Of a stretch of DNA of 64,000 bases, positions 18,120-27,753 are shown in pieces. How positions within the stretch are numbered: position 1 is the stretch's first letter; every line of letters begins with the position of its first letter. Below the pieces are notes generated by a model that was not told the origin of the DNA, did no database searches, and was given only the letters and a program-made list of their open reading frames with translations. Position numbers and translations under genes: made by a program. Source of the stretch: Candidatus Omnitrophota bacterium (GTDB lineage Bacteria > Omnitrophota > Gorgyraeia > JABMRN01 > RBG-13-46-9); the NCBI GenBank assembly GCA_016782425.1, contig JADHYN010000001.1:655-64654 (forward strand). The letters are read 5' to 3'.

Positions 18120-19373
18120 TTACAATTTATCAAACAATAATTTGTATTTTTGTATTACGAGTTCCTTTGAAAAATTTTTTTCGGCAAACTCCCTCCCTCT
18201 GCGACCCATGCGTTCCCGCAAGTCAGGATTATTATATAAAAATTCCACTTTATGCGCCAGGTCATTCGCGTTTTCGGCTTCCGCACAAACTCCACCCCGA
18301 GACATCTCTATAAAATTCCAGATCTCGCTATTTTTGTCTGTTACGGTAATAATCGGTCTGCCGCTTGAAAGTATACTGTATATTTTTGACGGGAAAGCGA
18401 GGTGGGATATGTTTTTTCTCAAGCTTACAAGAGAAACATCTGCGCTAGCCCATATTTGCGGCATTTTGTAAAGAGGCTGTAAGGGTATAAAAATAACATT
18501 TTTCAGACCTTGTTGTCTAACTAATTTCTCGGCTTCGCTTTTTCTTTCGCCTCTACCAATAAACATGAAGAGTATATCCCGATTTCTGAGAAGCCTTGCG
18601 GCTTCGATAATAAATTCGATTCCTTGTGGTTCGCCCATGTTCCCCGCGTATAACACGACAAATTTACTTTCCAGGTTGTATTTTTTTGTAAACTCATTTT
18701 TTTTCGGAAGCGGTTTAATAAGCTCAGTGTCGCAAAAATTTGGTATAACAACAATCTTCTCAAAAGGAACGCCCTTTTCAATAAGAGTATCTTTAATCCT
18801 ATCCGAAATTGCTACGATGATTTTTGCACGGCGATAAATAAATTTCTCAATTTTCCCGAGAATATAGGAAACGGGTTTCGCTCTAAACAATTTTATGGAG
18901 AATAATAGATCTGGGTTTACATCCTGCACGTTGTATACAAAAGGTAGGTTTTTTACTGTGGAGATTAAAACCGCTAGAAGCCCACTGAAAAACGCCGGAA
19001 AACTCAATGTAAAAATAAAATTTGACTTAAATTTGCGATCGAACATTATAGTAAAAAAAGCTGAAATAAAAAAAGAAAAATAATTAATCGTTCTTCGGAA
19101 AATTCCGTTTTTGTCGAATAGAATATCAAGTGTTGGCGAAAGGACAAATGTTCTCTTTATATATAGTTTATCCTCAATGGTTTGCTTTAAAAAAACCCCC
19201 TTGTATTCACGCCATAATTCTTCCCGTCCCTTTCGGTAGTGCGGCATACCGGCTATTATATTAATCTTATAGCCGTTAGCGGTTAAATGTGTAAATATAG
19301 ATTTGTAGATCGGCTGCAGGGGGCCCGCATACGGGTACCAATACATTATTATTGCTGTTATCTCTTTATTCAT
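18120..19373 (-). CDS. glycosyltransferase family 4
   Basis: GNMGEPQGIEFIIEAA... and the E-x7-E region are typical of GT4 retaining glycosyltransferases. Confidence 0.75.
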   Translation of the reverse strand: MNKEITAIIMYWYPYAGPLQPIYKSIFTHLTANGYKINIIAGMPHYRKGREELWREYKGVFLKQTIEDKLYIKRTFVLSPTLDILFDKNGIFRRTINYFSFFISAFFTIMFDRKFKSNFIFTLSFPAFFSGLLAVLISTVKNLPFVYNVQDVNPDLLFSIKLFRAKPVSYILGKIEKFIYRRAKIIVAISDRIKDTLIEKGVPFEKIVVIPNFCDTELIKPLPKKNEFTKKYNLESKFVVLYAGNMGEPQGIEFIIEAARLLRNRDILFMFIGRGERKSEAEKLVRQQGLKNVIFIPLQPLYKMPQIWASADVSLVSLRKNISHLAFPSKIYSILSSGRPIITVTDKNSEIWNFIEMSRGGVCAEAENANDLAHKVEFLYNNPDLRERMGRRGREFAEKNFSKELVIQKYKLLFDKL

Positions 19374-20289
19374 CTTTTATCGGCCTATACACTGCCTTCA
19401 TCCACTCTATGGTTCTGGGTATTCCCTCTTCAAGTTTTATTCTTGAGCTGTGTTTTAGATCCTTTTTGGCTTTTATTACATCGGGTTTTTTATCTTTGGT
19501 CGTAAATGGCTCTTTTTTAACGTATTTAACGCGGCTGTCTTTCTTGCCCAAATATGACAGAATCAAATCCGACAGATACTTTATGTCATGATATTCGTCT
19601 CCCGCTATATTATATACCTCGCCAGGAATAAAGTTACCCAATATATTGCAGAGTGTCGCCACCGTATCCGTTACATAAGACGAGGTTCGGTGATGGTCCA
19701 AAAAAACCTTATAAGGCATGCCGTGTAATGCATGATAAATAAATTTACATATCACGCTGCGGTAATTGCTATAATATTCGCCTGGGCCATAGGTATTGAA
19801 TAATCTTACTCGAACGCTTTCCGTATTATGCATCTTTTGCGAGTTGATTATCTGCTGCTCGTTAATCCACTTTGTCATTGCGTAATCGTTCAGCTGTTTT
19901 ATCTCGTGATTATCCATAACATTTTCCGCCATGACACTCTTGTAATCACCGTAAACCTCTGAACTGCTGGTAAAAATAAGCCTAAAATTATGCTTCTCCT
20001 GCAATTTTATCACGCTTTTTGTCCCTACCGCATTGGTTTGCCAGAGAACATCGTAATACTCTTCACCGTTCCATCTCCCGAACTCGGCCGCTAAGTGATA
20101 TACATAATCAAAATTGTGATTATCGAAAATATTTGACAGCTGTCGATAATTTCCCACATCACATCGTATATATCTATCGCGATGCGAATGCGCTAAATCG
20201 CAAAGCCATACTTCGTGACCGCGCCTGTGCAAATCCTTAACCAGAACATGACCGATAGTTCCCAGACCACCTGTTACCAAAATTTTCAT
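19366..20289 (-). CDS. NAD-dependent epimerase/dehydratase (SDR extended family)
   Basis: MKILVTGGLGTIGHVL is a Rossmann GxxGxxG motif, and YxxxK is present in YAMTK. Confidence 0.8.
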   Translation of the reverse strand: MKILVTGGLGTIGHVLVKDLHRRGHEVWLCDLAHSHRDRYIRCDVGNYRQLSNIFDNHNFDYVYHLAAEFGRWNGEEYYDVLWQTNAVGTKSVIKLQEKHNFRLIFTSSSEVYGDYKSVMAENVMDNHEIKQLNDYAMTKWINEQQIINSQKMHNTESVRVRLFNTYGPGEYYSNYRSVICKFIYHALHGMPYKVFLDHHRTSSYVTDTVATLCNILGNFIPGEVYNIAGDEYHDIKYLSDLILSYLGKKDSRVKYVKKEPFTTKDKKPDVIKAKKDLKHSSRIKLEEGIPRTIEWMKAVYRPIKDE

Positions 20290-20315
20290 CTGTACCTCCG
20301 GCTATTTTTAAAAAA

Positions 20316-21719
20316 CTATTTTAAGTTAATAAGTGCACCCTTGACATAATTCAACAAGTCATTCAAGCTTTTTATTTTGGCGAAATGGTAAAAAAGTATT
20401 TTAGGTCTTAAGTAAAATTCTCGAAAGGCCCTTTTTTGGCTGCGTAAAATATCCTGGGATTTAAAATTTGCGTATCTTACTACGGACAAATTTTTAACGC
20501 TATATCTGGACCAATCTTTTGTAATGATAAGGCTATTTTTAACCGCATAGTCCCATAAATCGGAACCCGGAAAAGGCGTGACAGTCGTAAAGCCTGCGGA
20601 ATAAAGCGGAAGGTTTTTTGCGAAACTCAAGGTTGCTCTTATAGTATCTCTTGTCTCACCAGGCATGCCGAACATAAAATATCCATGCGCTTTTATTCCA
20701 GCCCTGTTAGTAATTGCTATTGCGTTTTTAATTGTTTCTTTGTCGAGCCGCTTAAATTTTTTCAGCATGCTTTCATCACCCTGCTCTATTCCATATTGAA
20801 TCAACTCGCATCCGGCTTTTTTCATCCACGCAAGAACTTCCTCATTTACCTCTTTTGCGTGAGCGTTGCAATTCCATTTTATATCCAATTTATTTTTTAT
20901 TATTCCTTTGCAAATATCGATTACCCGTTGTTTATAAAGTGTGAATACGGAATCTCTTAATGAAATATATTTTACGCTGTATTTTTCATGCAGTAATTTT
21001 AATTCTTTCAGAACATTTTCAGCGCTGCGATATCTGTACCTTTTTCCCCATGTGCGCGTCACTGAACAAAACATGCACCCGTAAGGACAACCCCTGCTTG
21101 TAATAACCGTGGCGAACGCGCCTCTTTTACCCCAGTGCGGGGGCGGGTTGTACCGTTTCATTTGAGAGAGTAGCCCGTAGTCAGGAAAAGGTATCCGGTC
21201 TATGTTCATTACAAATGGTCTTGTTCCCGTATTCGTAATTGAACTGCCCGTTTTATAACTTATGCCCTTAACTGCTTGATAGTTTTTATTCCCTCTACTC
21301 GACATATCGCACAATTCAAGCATGGTATATTCACCTTCGCCTAGCACGACAAAATCCATGCATCCCTCTTTTAACGCCTCTTCGGGCATTGCGGTAGCGT
21401 GAGGCCCTCCCATAACGGTAACAATAGAGGGATTGATCTTTTTTATTTCTTTCGCAATAATATACGCAGATGGAGCCAAAATGGTCATGGCGGTTATCCC
21501 CACTATATCCGGCTTAAGTGCAATAATGCGATTTTTTATCTCTTCCATACTGCAACCAAAATTGCAAGCGTCAAGAATTTCCACATTGTAGTCGTTCTTT
21601 TTCAGCATGCTTGCAATATATAACAGCCCCAAGGGATGAGACTGAAATTTTGGCTTCACTGGCCTATTGATATTCAATCCCTGGGTAGGATTAATTAGTA
21701 ATATTTTAGGTTTTTCCAT
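20316..21719 (-). CDS. B12-binding domain radical SAM protein
   Basis: It has an N-terminal cobalamin-binding Rossmann-like segment. RGCPYGCMFCS is the CxxxCxxC radical SAM cluster motif. Confidence 0.85.
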   Translation of the reverse strand: MEKPKILLINPTQGLNINRPVKPKFQSHPLGLLYIASMLKKNDYNVEILDACNFGCSMEEIKNRIIALKPDIVGITAMTILAPSAYIIAKEIKKINPSIVTVMGGPHATAMPEEALKEGCMDFVVLGEGEYTMLELCDMSSRGNKNYQAVKGISYKTGSSITNTGTRPFVMNIDRIPFPDYGLLSQMKRYNPPPHWGKRGAFATVITSRGCPYGCMFCSVTRTWGKRYRYRSAENVLKELKLLHEKYSVKYISLRDSVFTLYKQRVIDICKGIIKNKLDIKWNCNAHAKEVNEEVLAWMKKAGCELIQYGIEQGDESMLKKFKRLDKETIKNAIAITNRAGIKAHGYFMFGMPGETRDTIRATLSFAKNLPLYSAGFTTVTPFPGSDLWDYAVKNSLIITKDWSRYSVKNLSVVRYANFKSQDILRSQKRAFREFYLRPKILFYHFAKIKSLNDLLNYVKGALINLK

Positions 21720-23124
21720 CTTGTTTTATAAAATAACGCATCATTTCCCGGAAACATCTTTTTATTAATTGAACTACTTTGTTGATCACCTGACTCTTGT
21801 TTCGATATAAAAATCCGAGCAGCTCCGCGTATCTGGAATTATGGATATACAGCCCAAAAAAGGTCCTTATACGCATGAAATCAAGATAAGTCAAATTGAA
21901 ATTCTGAAATTCAAGAACACTTCCAAAATACTTATCATATTTCGAATAATCCTTGCTCTGAAGCCTGTATCCCCCTTTATTTTCTAAAGCCAATTTATAT
22001 ACATCGGTTCCCGGCCACGGCGTCATTATGCCCACGCTGATTCCATCCGTATTAAGTTTATAAATTAAGCGTACCGTTTTTTCAATTTCGCTTTTTGTCT
22101 CGTCTATATGACCGAGAATATAGTACCCCCACGTTTTAAAACCGAGGCTTTTGGCTAAATTAACCGCGTCTACACACTTTTGCACTGAAGTATTTTTCCC
22201 TGTGGCTTTAAGAACCCTGTCCGAGCCGGATTCGATTCCAAAACTAATAGTGTGACAGCCTGCTTTTTTTATCAACGCTAAAAATTCCTTATCGACTATA
22301 TCAACTCTTGTAGTGCAATCCCATTTTAATCTTTTACTTAGCCCGTTTTCGATTATTTTACTCAACATATTTTCCGTGTATTCTCTATTTAGACCAAACG
22401 TGCTGTCGCAGATTGACAGATCGCTATTCGGTTCATGACCAAGCACATACTCTAGATCGACCAAAATATGCTCGATATCCCTATAGCGCGCCTTCCTGCC
22501 AAGCGTTCGAAAACAAAATGAGCACCTAAACGGGCAGCCCCTATAAGTATTGATAAAATATTTTTTGGCGCGAGGCCATAAACTGAAAGACGCGGGGGCG
22601 TAATCATGCAGATTATTACCATATATTTGTTCGGACGTATTTTTTATTATACCGTTTTTTCGATAATATAAACCGGGGATTCTTTCTACAGTTTCGGAAA
22701 TGGAATTCGCTTTAGACAATTTTTTTAAAATAAACTCTCCTTCACCAACCGCTACCGCGTCTAAACTGGCGTTCTCCCGAATAGTCTCGTCAGGTAATGC
22801 AGTAGCGTGGACGCCACCAAGTATAACGAACGAACCGGGTAAATGCCTCTTAATATTTGTTGAAAACGCAATGACATCTTTTATTTCGGTCGTGGTGGAA
22901 GTAAGCCCTATTATTTTCGGATTAAGCTTTACCAGACGACCAATCACTTCCTTCTCGTCTAAATTAAAAAACTTCGCGTCTATCACCTCAAACTCGATCT
23001 CGTGTTTATTAAGGTAGCCCGCCAAATACGCCAGGCCCACGTGAGGACATCTTACTTTATTAAAATTGAATTTATACGTACTATATGAGTTAAACGGCGG
23101 GTTTATTAATGCTAAATTTTTCAT
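21706..23124 (-). CDS. B12-binding domain radical SAM protein
   Basis: YRGCPFRCSFC is a CxxxCxxC motif. It is a paralogue of 20316..21719. Confidence 0.85.
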   Translation of the reverse strand: MKNLALINPPFNSYSTYKFNFNKVRCPHVGLAYLAGYLNKHEIEFEVIDAKFFNLDEKEVIGRLVKLNPKIIGLTSTTTEIKDVIAFSTNIKRHLPGSFVILGGVHATALPDETIRENASLDAVAVGEGEFILKKLSKANSISETVERIPGLYYRKNGIIKNTSEQIYGNNLHDYAPASFSLWPRAKKYFINTYRGCPFRCSFCFRTLGRKARYRDIEHILVDLEYVLGHEPNSDLSICDSTFGLNREYTENMLSKIIENGLSKRLKWDCTTRVDIVDKEFLALIKKAGCHTISFGIESGSDRVLKATGKNTSVQKCVDAVNLAKSLGFKTWGYYILGHIDETKSEIEKTVRLIYKLNTDGISVGIMTPWPGTDVYKLALENKGGYRLQSKDYSKYDKYFGSVLEFQNFNLTYLDFMRIRTFFGLYIHNSRYAELLGFLYRNKSQVINKVVQLIKRCFREMMRYFIKQDGKT

Positions 23125-24294
23125 TTATAATTCAATTGTCTTTCGTAATATACTTCGATAAACATGAATGTATTTTTCTTTTATTACATCTAATGAAAAT
23201 ATATTTTTTACCCTTTCCCTACCTTTATTTACCATCTTTTTCAAATCTTCCTTGGGTGTATTTAAAATTCGTAAAATACCCTGCGCGAGCATGTCCGATT
23301 TTCGTGGCTCAACAACAATGCCGTTTTCTCCGGCAATTATTTGTTCCCTAACACCGCCAACCGCGGTTGCGACTACGGGAACTCTCATCGCCAAAGCCTC
23401 CAATAAAGCAATGGAGCAAGCCTCGCTTACCGAAGAAAGAACAAAAACATCAAGTATCGAAAGCAGTTCGGGTACGTCGTTTCTAAAACCCAGGATGATT
23501 ATATCGTTTTCTAATCCCAGAATATTTATACTTTTATGTATTTTTTGGAAGTATCGCGCTTTATTTTTTATGGACCCTATGATTATAAATTTTGTGTTTT
23601 TTTCCTTTTTCTTAATTATACTTGCGGCTTTCAGAAAATATTCATATCCTTTCGCCTGAGTAAAATTGCCCGTAGCACCGATAATTCGGAATTCCCGCGG
23701 TATGTTTAATTCTTTTTTGATACTGTTTTTTTTTCTTTCATCCATCAGGTCAGAATTAAACTTATCCGTATCCACTGGTGCATAAAGCACGACGGATCTG
23801 GACCAAAGGCGCTTATTATTTGAAAAGTAATACCTGCCTACTTCTTCAGATGCAATAGCGATCCTGTCAGACAGGGCATGAGCCAATGGTAAAAATAATT
23901 TCTTCATAATTCCGGTAGTTACCGTGTCATTTAAGTGCCATAATATGTTAATGCCGGCAATTTTACCAGCAAACGCCGGAAGACAGTTCGTTATACCATT
24001 TATATGAAGCAATTCGATTTTCTCCGACTTGATTATTCTGTAAATCTTGTAAATGCTGCGTGGTAAAAAAATGCAAAACATAAATAAATTGATCGCCGTA
24101 AAATCGCGCGTTATGCATTGCATATACCGCATGACAAAACATTTAAAATCGTTTATTGGGACATAATTTTTGTTTTTTTCATTAAATAAAAATACTGTAT
24201 CAATATTTTCATCTTGTAGTTTCAGCGCAACATTACGCGCCCGAACCTGCGGCCCACCTAGTCTATTATCTAAAAAACAGTTTAAAACTCTCAT
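23125..24294 (-). CDS. glycosyltransferase family 4
   Basis: The GT4 C-terminal motif is SVSEACSIALLEALAMRVPVVATAVGGVREQI. Confidence 0.8.
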   Translation of the reverse strand: MRVLNCFLDNRLGGPQVRARNVALKLQDENIDTVFLFNEKNKNYVPINDFKCFVMRYMQCITRDFTAINLFMFCIFLPRSIYKIYRIIKSEKIELLHINGITNCLPAFAGKIAGINILWHLNDTVTTGIMKKLFLPLAHALSDRIAIASEEVGRYYFSNNKRLWSRSVVLYAPVDTDKFNSDLMDERKKNSIKKELNIPREFRIIGATGNFTQAKGYEYFLKAASIIKKKEKNTKFIIIGSIKNKARYFQKIHKSINILGLENDIIILGFRNDVPELLSILDVFVLSSVSEACSIALLEALAMRVPVVATAVGGVREQIIAGENGIVVEPRKSDMLAQGILRILNTPKEDLKKMVNKGRERVKNIFSLDVIKEKYIHVYRSILRKTIEL

Positions 24295-25145
24295 GAATAC
24301 TTGCTTGCTGTAAATGTCGGCTTTCTTGTGTATTTTTTATCTTTTTCTTCATCGTATAAAACAGCTCTCCAATTGGCGGGTTTTCTCCCAACTACAAGCA
24401 CCGCATCGCTTAATGCCGGGAAAAGCTTCGTAAGAATAGAATATACCGTTCTCATGATTTTATTTTTTATTTTTTTACGCCCGGCTACATTTACGCCGTT
24501 CGCGTATTCAATAGAAAGACCCTGATACTTTAAAAGCCGCTTGGATTCCTGCAGGGTATATTCCCTGACATGCCCCCTCCATGGTTTTTTGCCAAAATAA
24601 AAGCTTTCCAATGAGACATAGTTGGTCCTGCCAAACAGAACCGAAATACGCTTCCGTATATTAACGGAATTCGGCATTCCTATAAATACATAACCATTAA
24701 TCTTTAATTTGCTTATGAGCTTATTCAGTAAATCTCTTGGCGAATCATGTAAATGCTCCATTACGTCCGTTATAAGTATTCCGTCAAACGTATTATCGTT
24801 GTAAGGCAGGTTTTCATCTGTGATTTCTAAAAAATTTATATTTTCTTTTCGTACAAAATCTTTTATAAGCTCCTTGTTGTCACCTTCTAGGTGCCAACCG
24901 TCTTTTAAATCATCGCAGCCGTAACACACATAACCCATTCTGTTATAAATCGCCGTTTTATCGCATGCCCCGCAACCAAAATCCAATATCTTGGAACCCG
25001 GCAAAATATATCTTCCGATTATGCGCGCTAGCACGCTTCCGAAATCAGTTGCTGTTTCTATATAGCCTTTAAAAGGAAAATCGTTTTTTAGATCCTCTAT
25101 GATTTTCGCTATTTCCCTATCTTTGTTCTTTAGTTTTTTTCTCAT
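24291..25145 (-). CDS. class I SAM-dependent methyltransferase
   Basis: ILDFGCGACDKT is the motif I glycine-rich loop. It overlaps the upstream gene by ATGA. Confidence 0.75.
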   Translation of the reverse strand: MRKKLKNKDREIAKIIEDLKNDFPFKGYIETATDFGSVLARIIGRYILPGSKILDFGCGACDKTAIYNRMGYVCYGCDDLKDGWHLEGDNKELIKDFVRKENINFLEITDENLPYNDNTFDGILITDVMEHLHDSPRDLLNKLISKLKINGYVFIGMPNSVNIRKRISVLFGRTNYVSLESFYFGKKPWRGHVREYTLQESKRLLKYQGLSIEYANGVNVAGRKKIKNKIMRTVYSILTKLFPALSDAVLVVGRKPANWRAVLYDEEKDKKYTRKPTFTASKYS

Positions 25146-25168
25146 TCGCTTATCCTTCTTAAATTTTT

Positions 25169-26644
25169 TTACTTCTTACCTTTCAGAGTATCTATGACAT
25201 TTTTAACCAGTTTTGGACGATTAGTTTTTGCCAACTCAACAACATACGCCAATCTTTTCATGTTGAGTCTAAGTTTATCTTTCCTTGATTTCTTAGCGAC
25301 AATAGTATACGCCCTCTTTCTTGCTGCAATAAGATAACCGGCATCCAGATCATTCACCTCCAGCATGGGCTCCTCTCTTGAATAGGCCTCCCAGTTCATT
25401 CGCTTCCCTTCAATCCAGCGCAACCCTCCTTCGCCTTGATCGGCCATTTTAAATACATCAGTTGCGGGATACGCGTCAAGTATGTTTATACTTGCGTTGT
25501 CACAAGGTAATCTTGCAATCAGTTTCATCGTCTCTTCGAGTGTATTCTTATTTTCGTACGGCAATCCAAAAATAATGCTTATATTTACATGGCTTATGCC
25601 TGCGCATTTCGCGGAATGTACTTTTTCGATTATCGCATCTTTTGCGTACCCCTTATTAGCCTTTTCCAGCACCTCTTCGCTTCCGGATTCCACGCCGAAA
25701 AAGGTATATATACAGCCTGCTTTTTTTGCGTGTTTAAACATTTCAGGATCTGCGGTATCAATTCTTGTCTCAAAACCCCATTGTACTTTTTTATGCAATC
25801 CGCGCTTTATATACTCGTCGCAAAATCTCGCAAACCATTCTTTTTTTGAGCAAAATAGGCTATCTTCAAAATAAATGCGTTGTGCGCCATGCTCTTTATT
25901 TAACAAGTCAATCTCATCTAATATGTTTTCGATTGCCCGAACGCGATGTTTCCTTGTATGCAGCGGCATGCAAAAAGTGCAGCGAAAAGGACACCCGCGG
26001 GAAGCGAAAATGGGATAGACGTGTTGAAAATTATACTTACTGGGGTTGTATACTCTTGCGTACTTCTTATAACATACAAGGGAAAGGTCCGGAAATGGTA
26101 AAGAATCTAAATCCTTGATTAATGCTCTCTCATCATTGCGTATGATTAGGCCTGATTTATTACGCCACGCGACTCCTTTTAGATTAACAAACAAATCATC
26201 GGTCGCGCGGCAACCATGCCGTATTCTCTGGCAAAGTTCAACAATGGTATCCTCTCCTTCCCTTATTACAGCGGCGTCAATATCAACGCACTCTCTAAGC
26301 GTATATTCGGGTAATGCTGTCGAGTGCGCCCCGCCAACCAGGGTTATCGTTTCGGGACATACTTTTTTTACGCATGCGGCAATCTTATACGCTGAAAGTA
26401 TATTGAATGTTTTGGATGAAATACCAACTATGGCTGGACGAAGATCTTTTACTGCTTTTTCCACATCACCATGGCTTAGGTTGTACGTAGGAATATCCAA
26501 GATTTTGACGTTAGCACCGGTTTTTAATTTAACGTATGTCGCGATGTAAACAATGCCCATGTTGGGAGTGGGCAATTTTCGCCCAAGGGCCTGTTCGGTA
26601 ACCAGGCCCTTGGGCGAAGACGGATCAATAAATAAAATATTCAC
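25169..26644 (-). CDS. B12-binding domain radical SAM protein
   Basis: SRGCPFRCTFC is a CxxxCxxC motif. This is the third paralogue. Confidence 0.85.
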   Translation of the reverse strand: MNILFIDPSSPKGLVTEQALGRKLPTPNMGIVYIATYVKLKTGANVKILDIPTYNLSHGDVEKAVKDLRPAIVGISSKTFNILSAYKIAACVKKVCPETITLVGGAHSTALPEYTLRECVDIDAAVIREGEDTIVELCQRIRHGCRATDDLFVNLKGVAWRNKSGLIIRNDERALIKDLDSLPFPDLSLVCYKKYARVYNPSKYNFQHVYPIFASRGCPFRCTFCMPLHTRKHRVRAIENILDEIDLLNKEHGAQRIYFEDSLFCSKKEWFARFCDEYIKRGLHKKVQWGFETRIDTADPEMFKHAKKAGCIYTFFGVESGSEEVLEKANKGYAKDAIIEKVHSAKCAGISHVNISIIFGLPYENKNTLEETMKLIARLPCDNASINILDAYPATDVFKMADQGEGGLRWIEGKRMNWEAYSREEPMLEVNDLDAGYLIAARKRAYTIVAKKSRKDKLRLNMKRLAYVVELAKTNRPKLVKNVIDTLKGKK

Positions 26645-27741
26645 CTTGGTTCACGTTTTGTTTTATGCTTATCGGCAAGTAATATTTTTAGGCTTTCCTC
26701 AAATTTTTTTCCTATGGTCTGCGGCGTAAATCTACGAAAAGCCTCTTCCTTGCCGCTTTGCCCGATTGCACTTCTAAAGCTATGGTCAACTATTACTCTT
26801 TTTATCTTCATAAAGGTTTCATCATTATTTTCATTGTCGACAATTACGCCAGTCTTTCCATCTTCTACCTGCTCAAGCATGCCACCGAATCGATTGACAC
26901 ATACCGGTTTACCAAAAGCCTGCGCCTCGATCACCACATTGGGAAAAGCCTCTTGAAATGAGAAATGAAGCAGCATATCCGCATTTCGGTAATATTCGCC
27001 TATGTTATTCACGCAACCGATCAGTGTAGTTACCTCGCTCATGCCAAATTTCATCAAACTCTCCTGGAACATATACTTGTATGACCCCTCGCCGATTATA
27101 AGCCAAACAGCGTTTTTCGCTACTTCATCAAAAATTTTCCTCATTGTAGGCAGAAAAAATATCAGGCCTTTCATTTTATTATATATATCAAAATGGGTTA
27201 TTGATAGAAAAATATTTCTTTTACGGTTTGTTCCCGGATTTTTTTCGTGTTCCGCGACCTGTGCTTCCTTTATAATGCTATTATTTAGCGGAATTTCCAC
27301 AATCTTTATTCTGTTTTCAGGGACATCTGTATTACTAAGAATTTTTTTCTTTATGAAGCATGAATTGGCAATAATGCCGTTTGATTTATTGATCAAAAAA
27401 GTTCCCAGTTTTGCTGAAAATTTATAATACATTTTCCCAAATATATTTGGCGCCATCCTGGCAAAGGTTTTTCTTTCCTCCCAGATATCCCCTCTTAATC
27501 GCATAAAGTACGGTACGCTAAATAACAGTCTCAAAACAAATGCAAATGCTCCATGCTTGCCCTGATTATCGGTTAAAATTAAAGCTACCTTTCCGCTCTT
27601 TAGAGCCTTATGCAATGATATAAATTGCGGGATCAACTTCTTCCTGAAATTGAAAATTTGAACTATTTCTACAGCGCTCTCGCTGAGCGGTTCAATAATT
27701 TTATAATGCCTTACCGGATGTGCAATGTATACGATTCTCAA
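26641..27741 (-). CDS. glycosyltransferase family 4
   Basis: FQEAFPNVVIEAQAFGKPVCVNRFGGMLEQVEDGKTG is the GT4 EX7E region. Confidence 0.7.
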   Translation of the reverse strand: MRIVYIAHPVRHYKIIEPLSESAVEIVQIFNFRKKLIPQFISLHKALKSGKVALILTDNQGKHGAFAFVLRLLFSVPYFMRLRGDIWEERKTFARMAPNIFGKMYYKFSAKLGTFLINKSNGIIANSCFIKKKILSNTDVPENRIKIVEIPLNNSIIKEAQVAEHEKNPGTNRKRNIFLSITHFDIYNKMKGLIFFLPTMRKIFDEVAKNAVWLIIGEGSYKYMFQESLMKFGMSEVTTLIGCVNNIGEYYRNADMLLHFSFQEAFPNVVIEAQAFGKPVCVNRFGGMLEQVEDGKTGVIVDNENNDETFMKIKRVIVDHSFRSAIGQSGKEEAFRRFTPQTIGKKFEESLKILLADKHKTKREPR

Positions 27742-27753
27742 GTTTTAACCTTT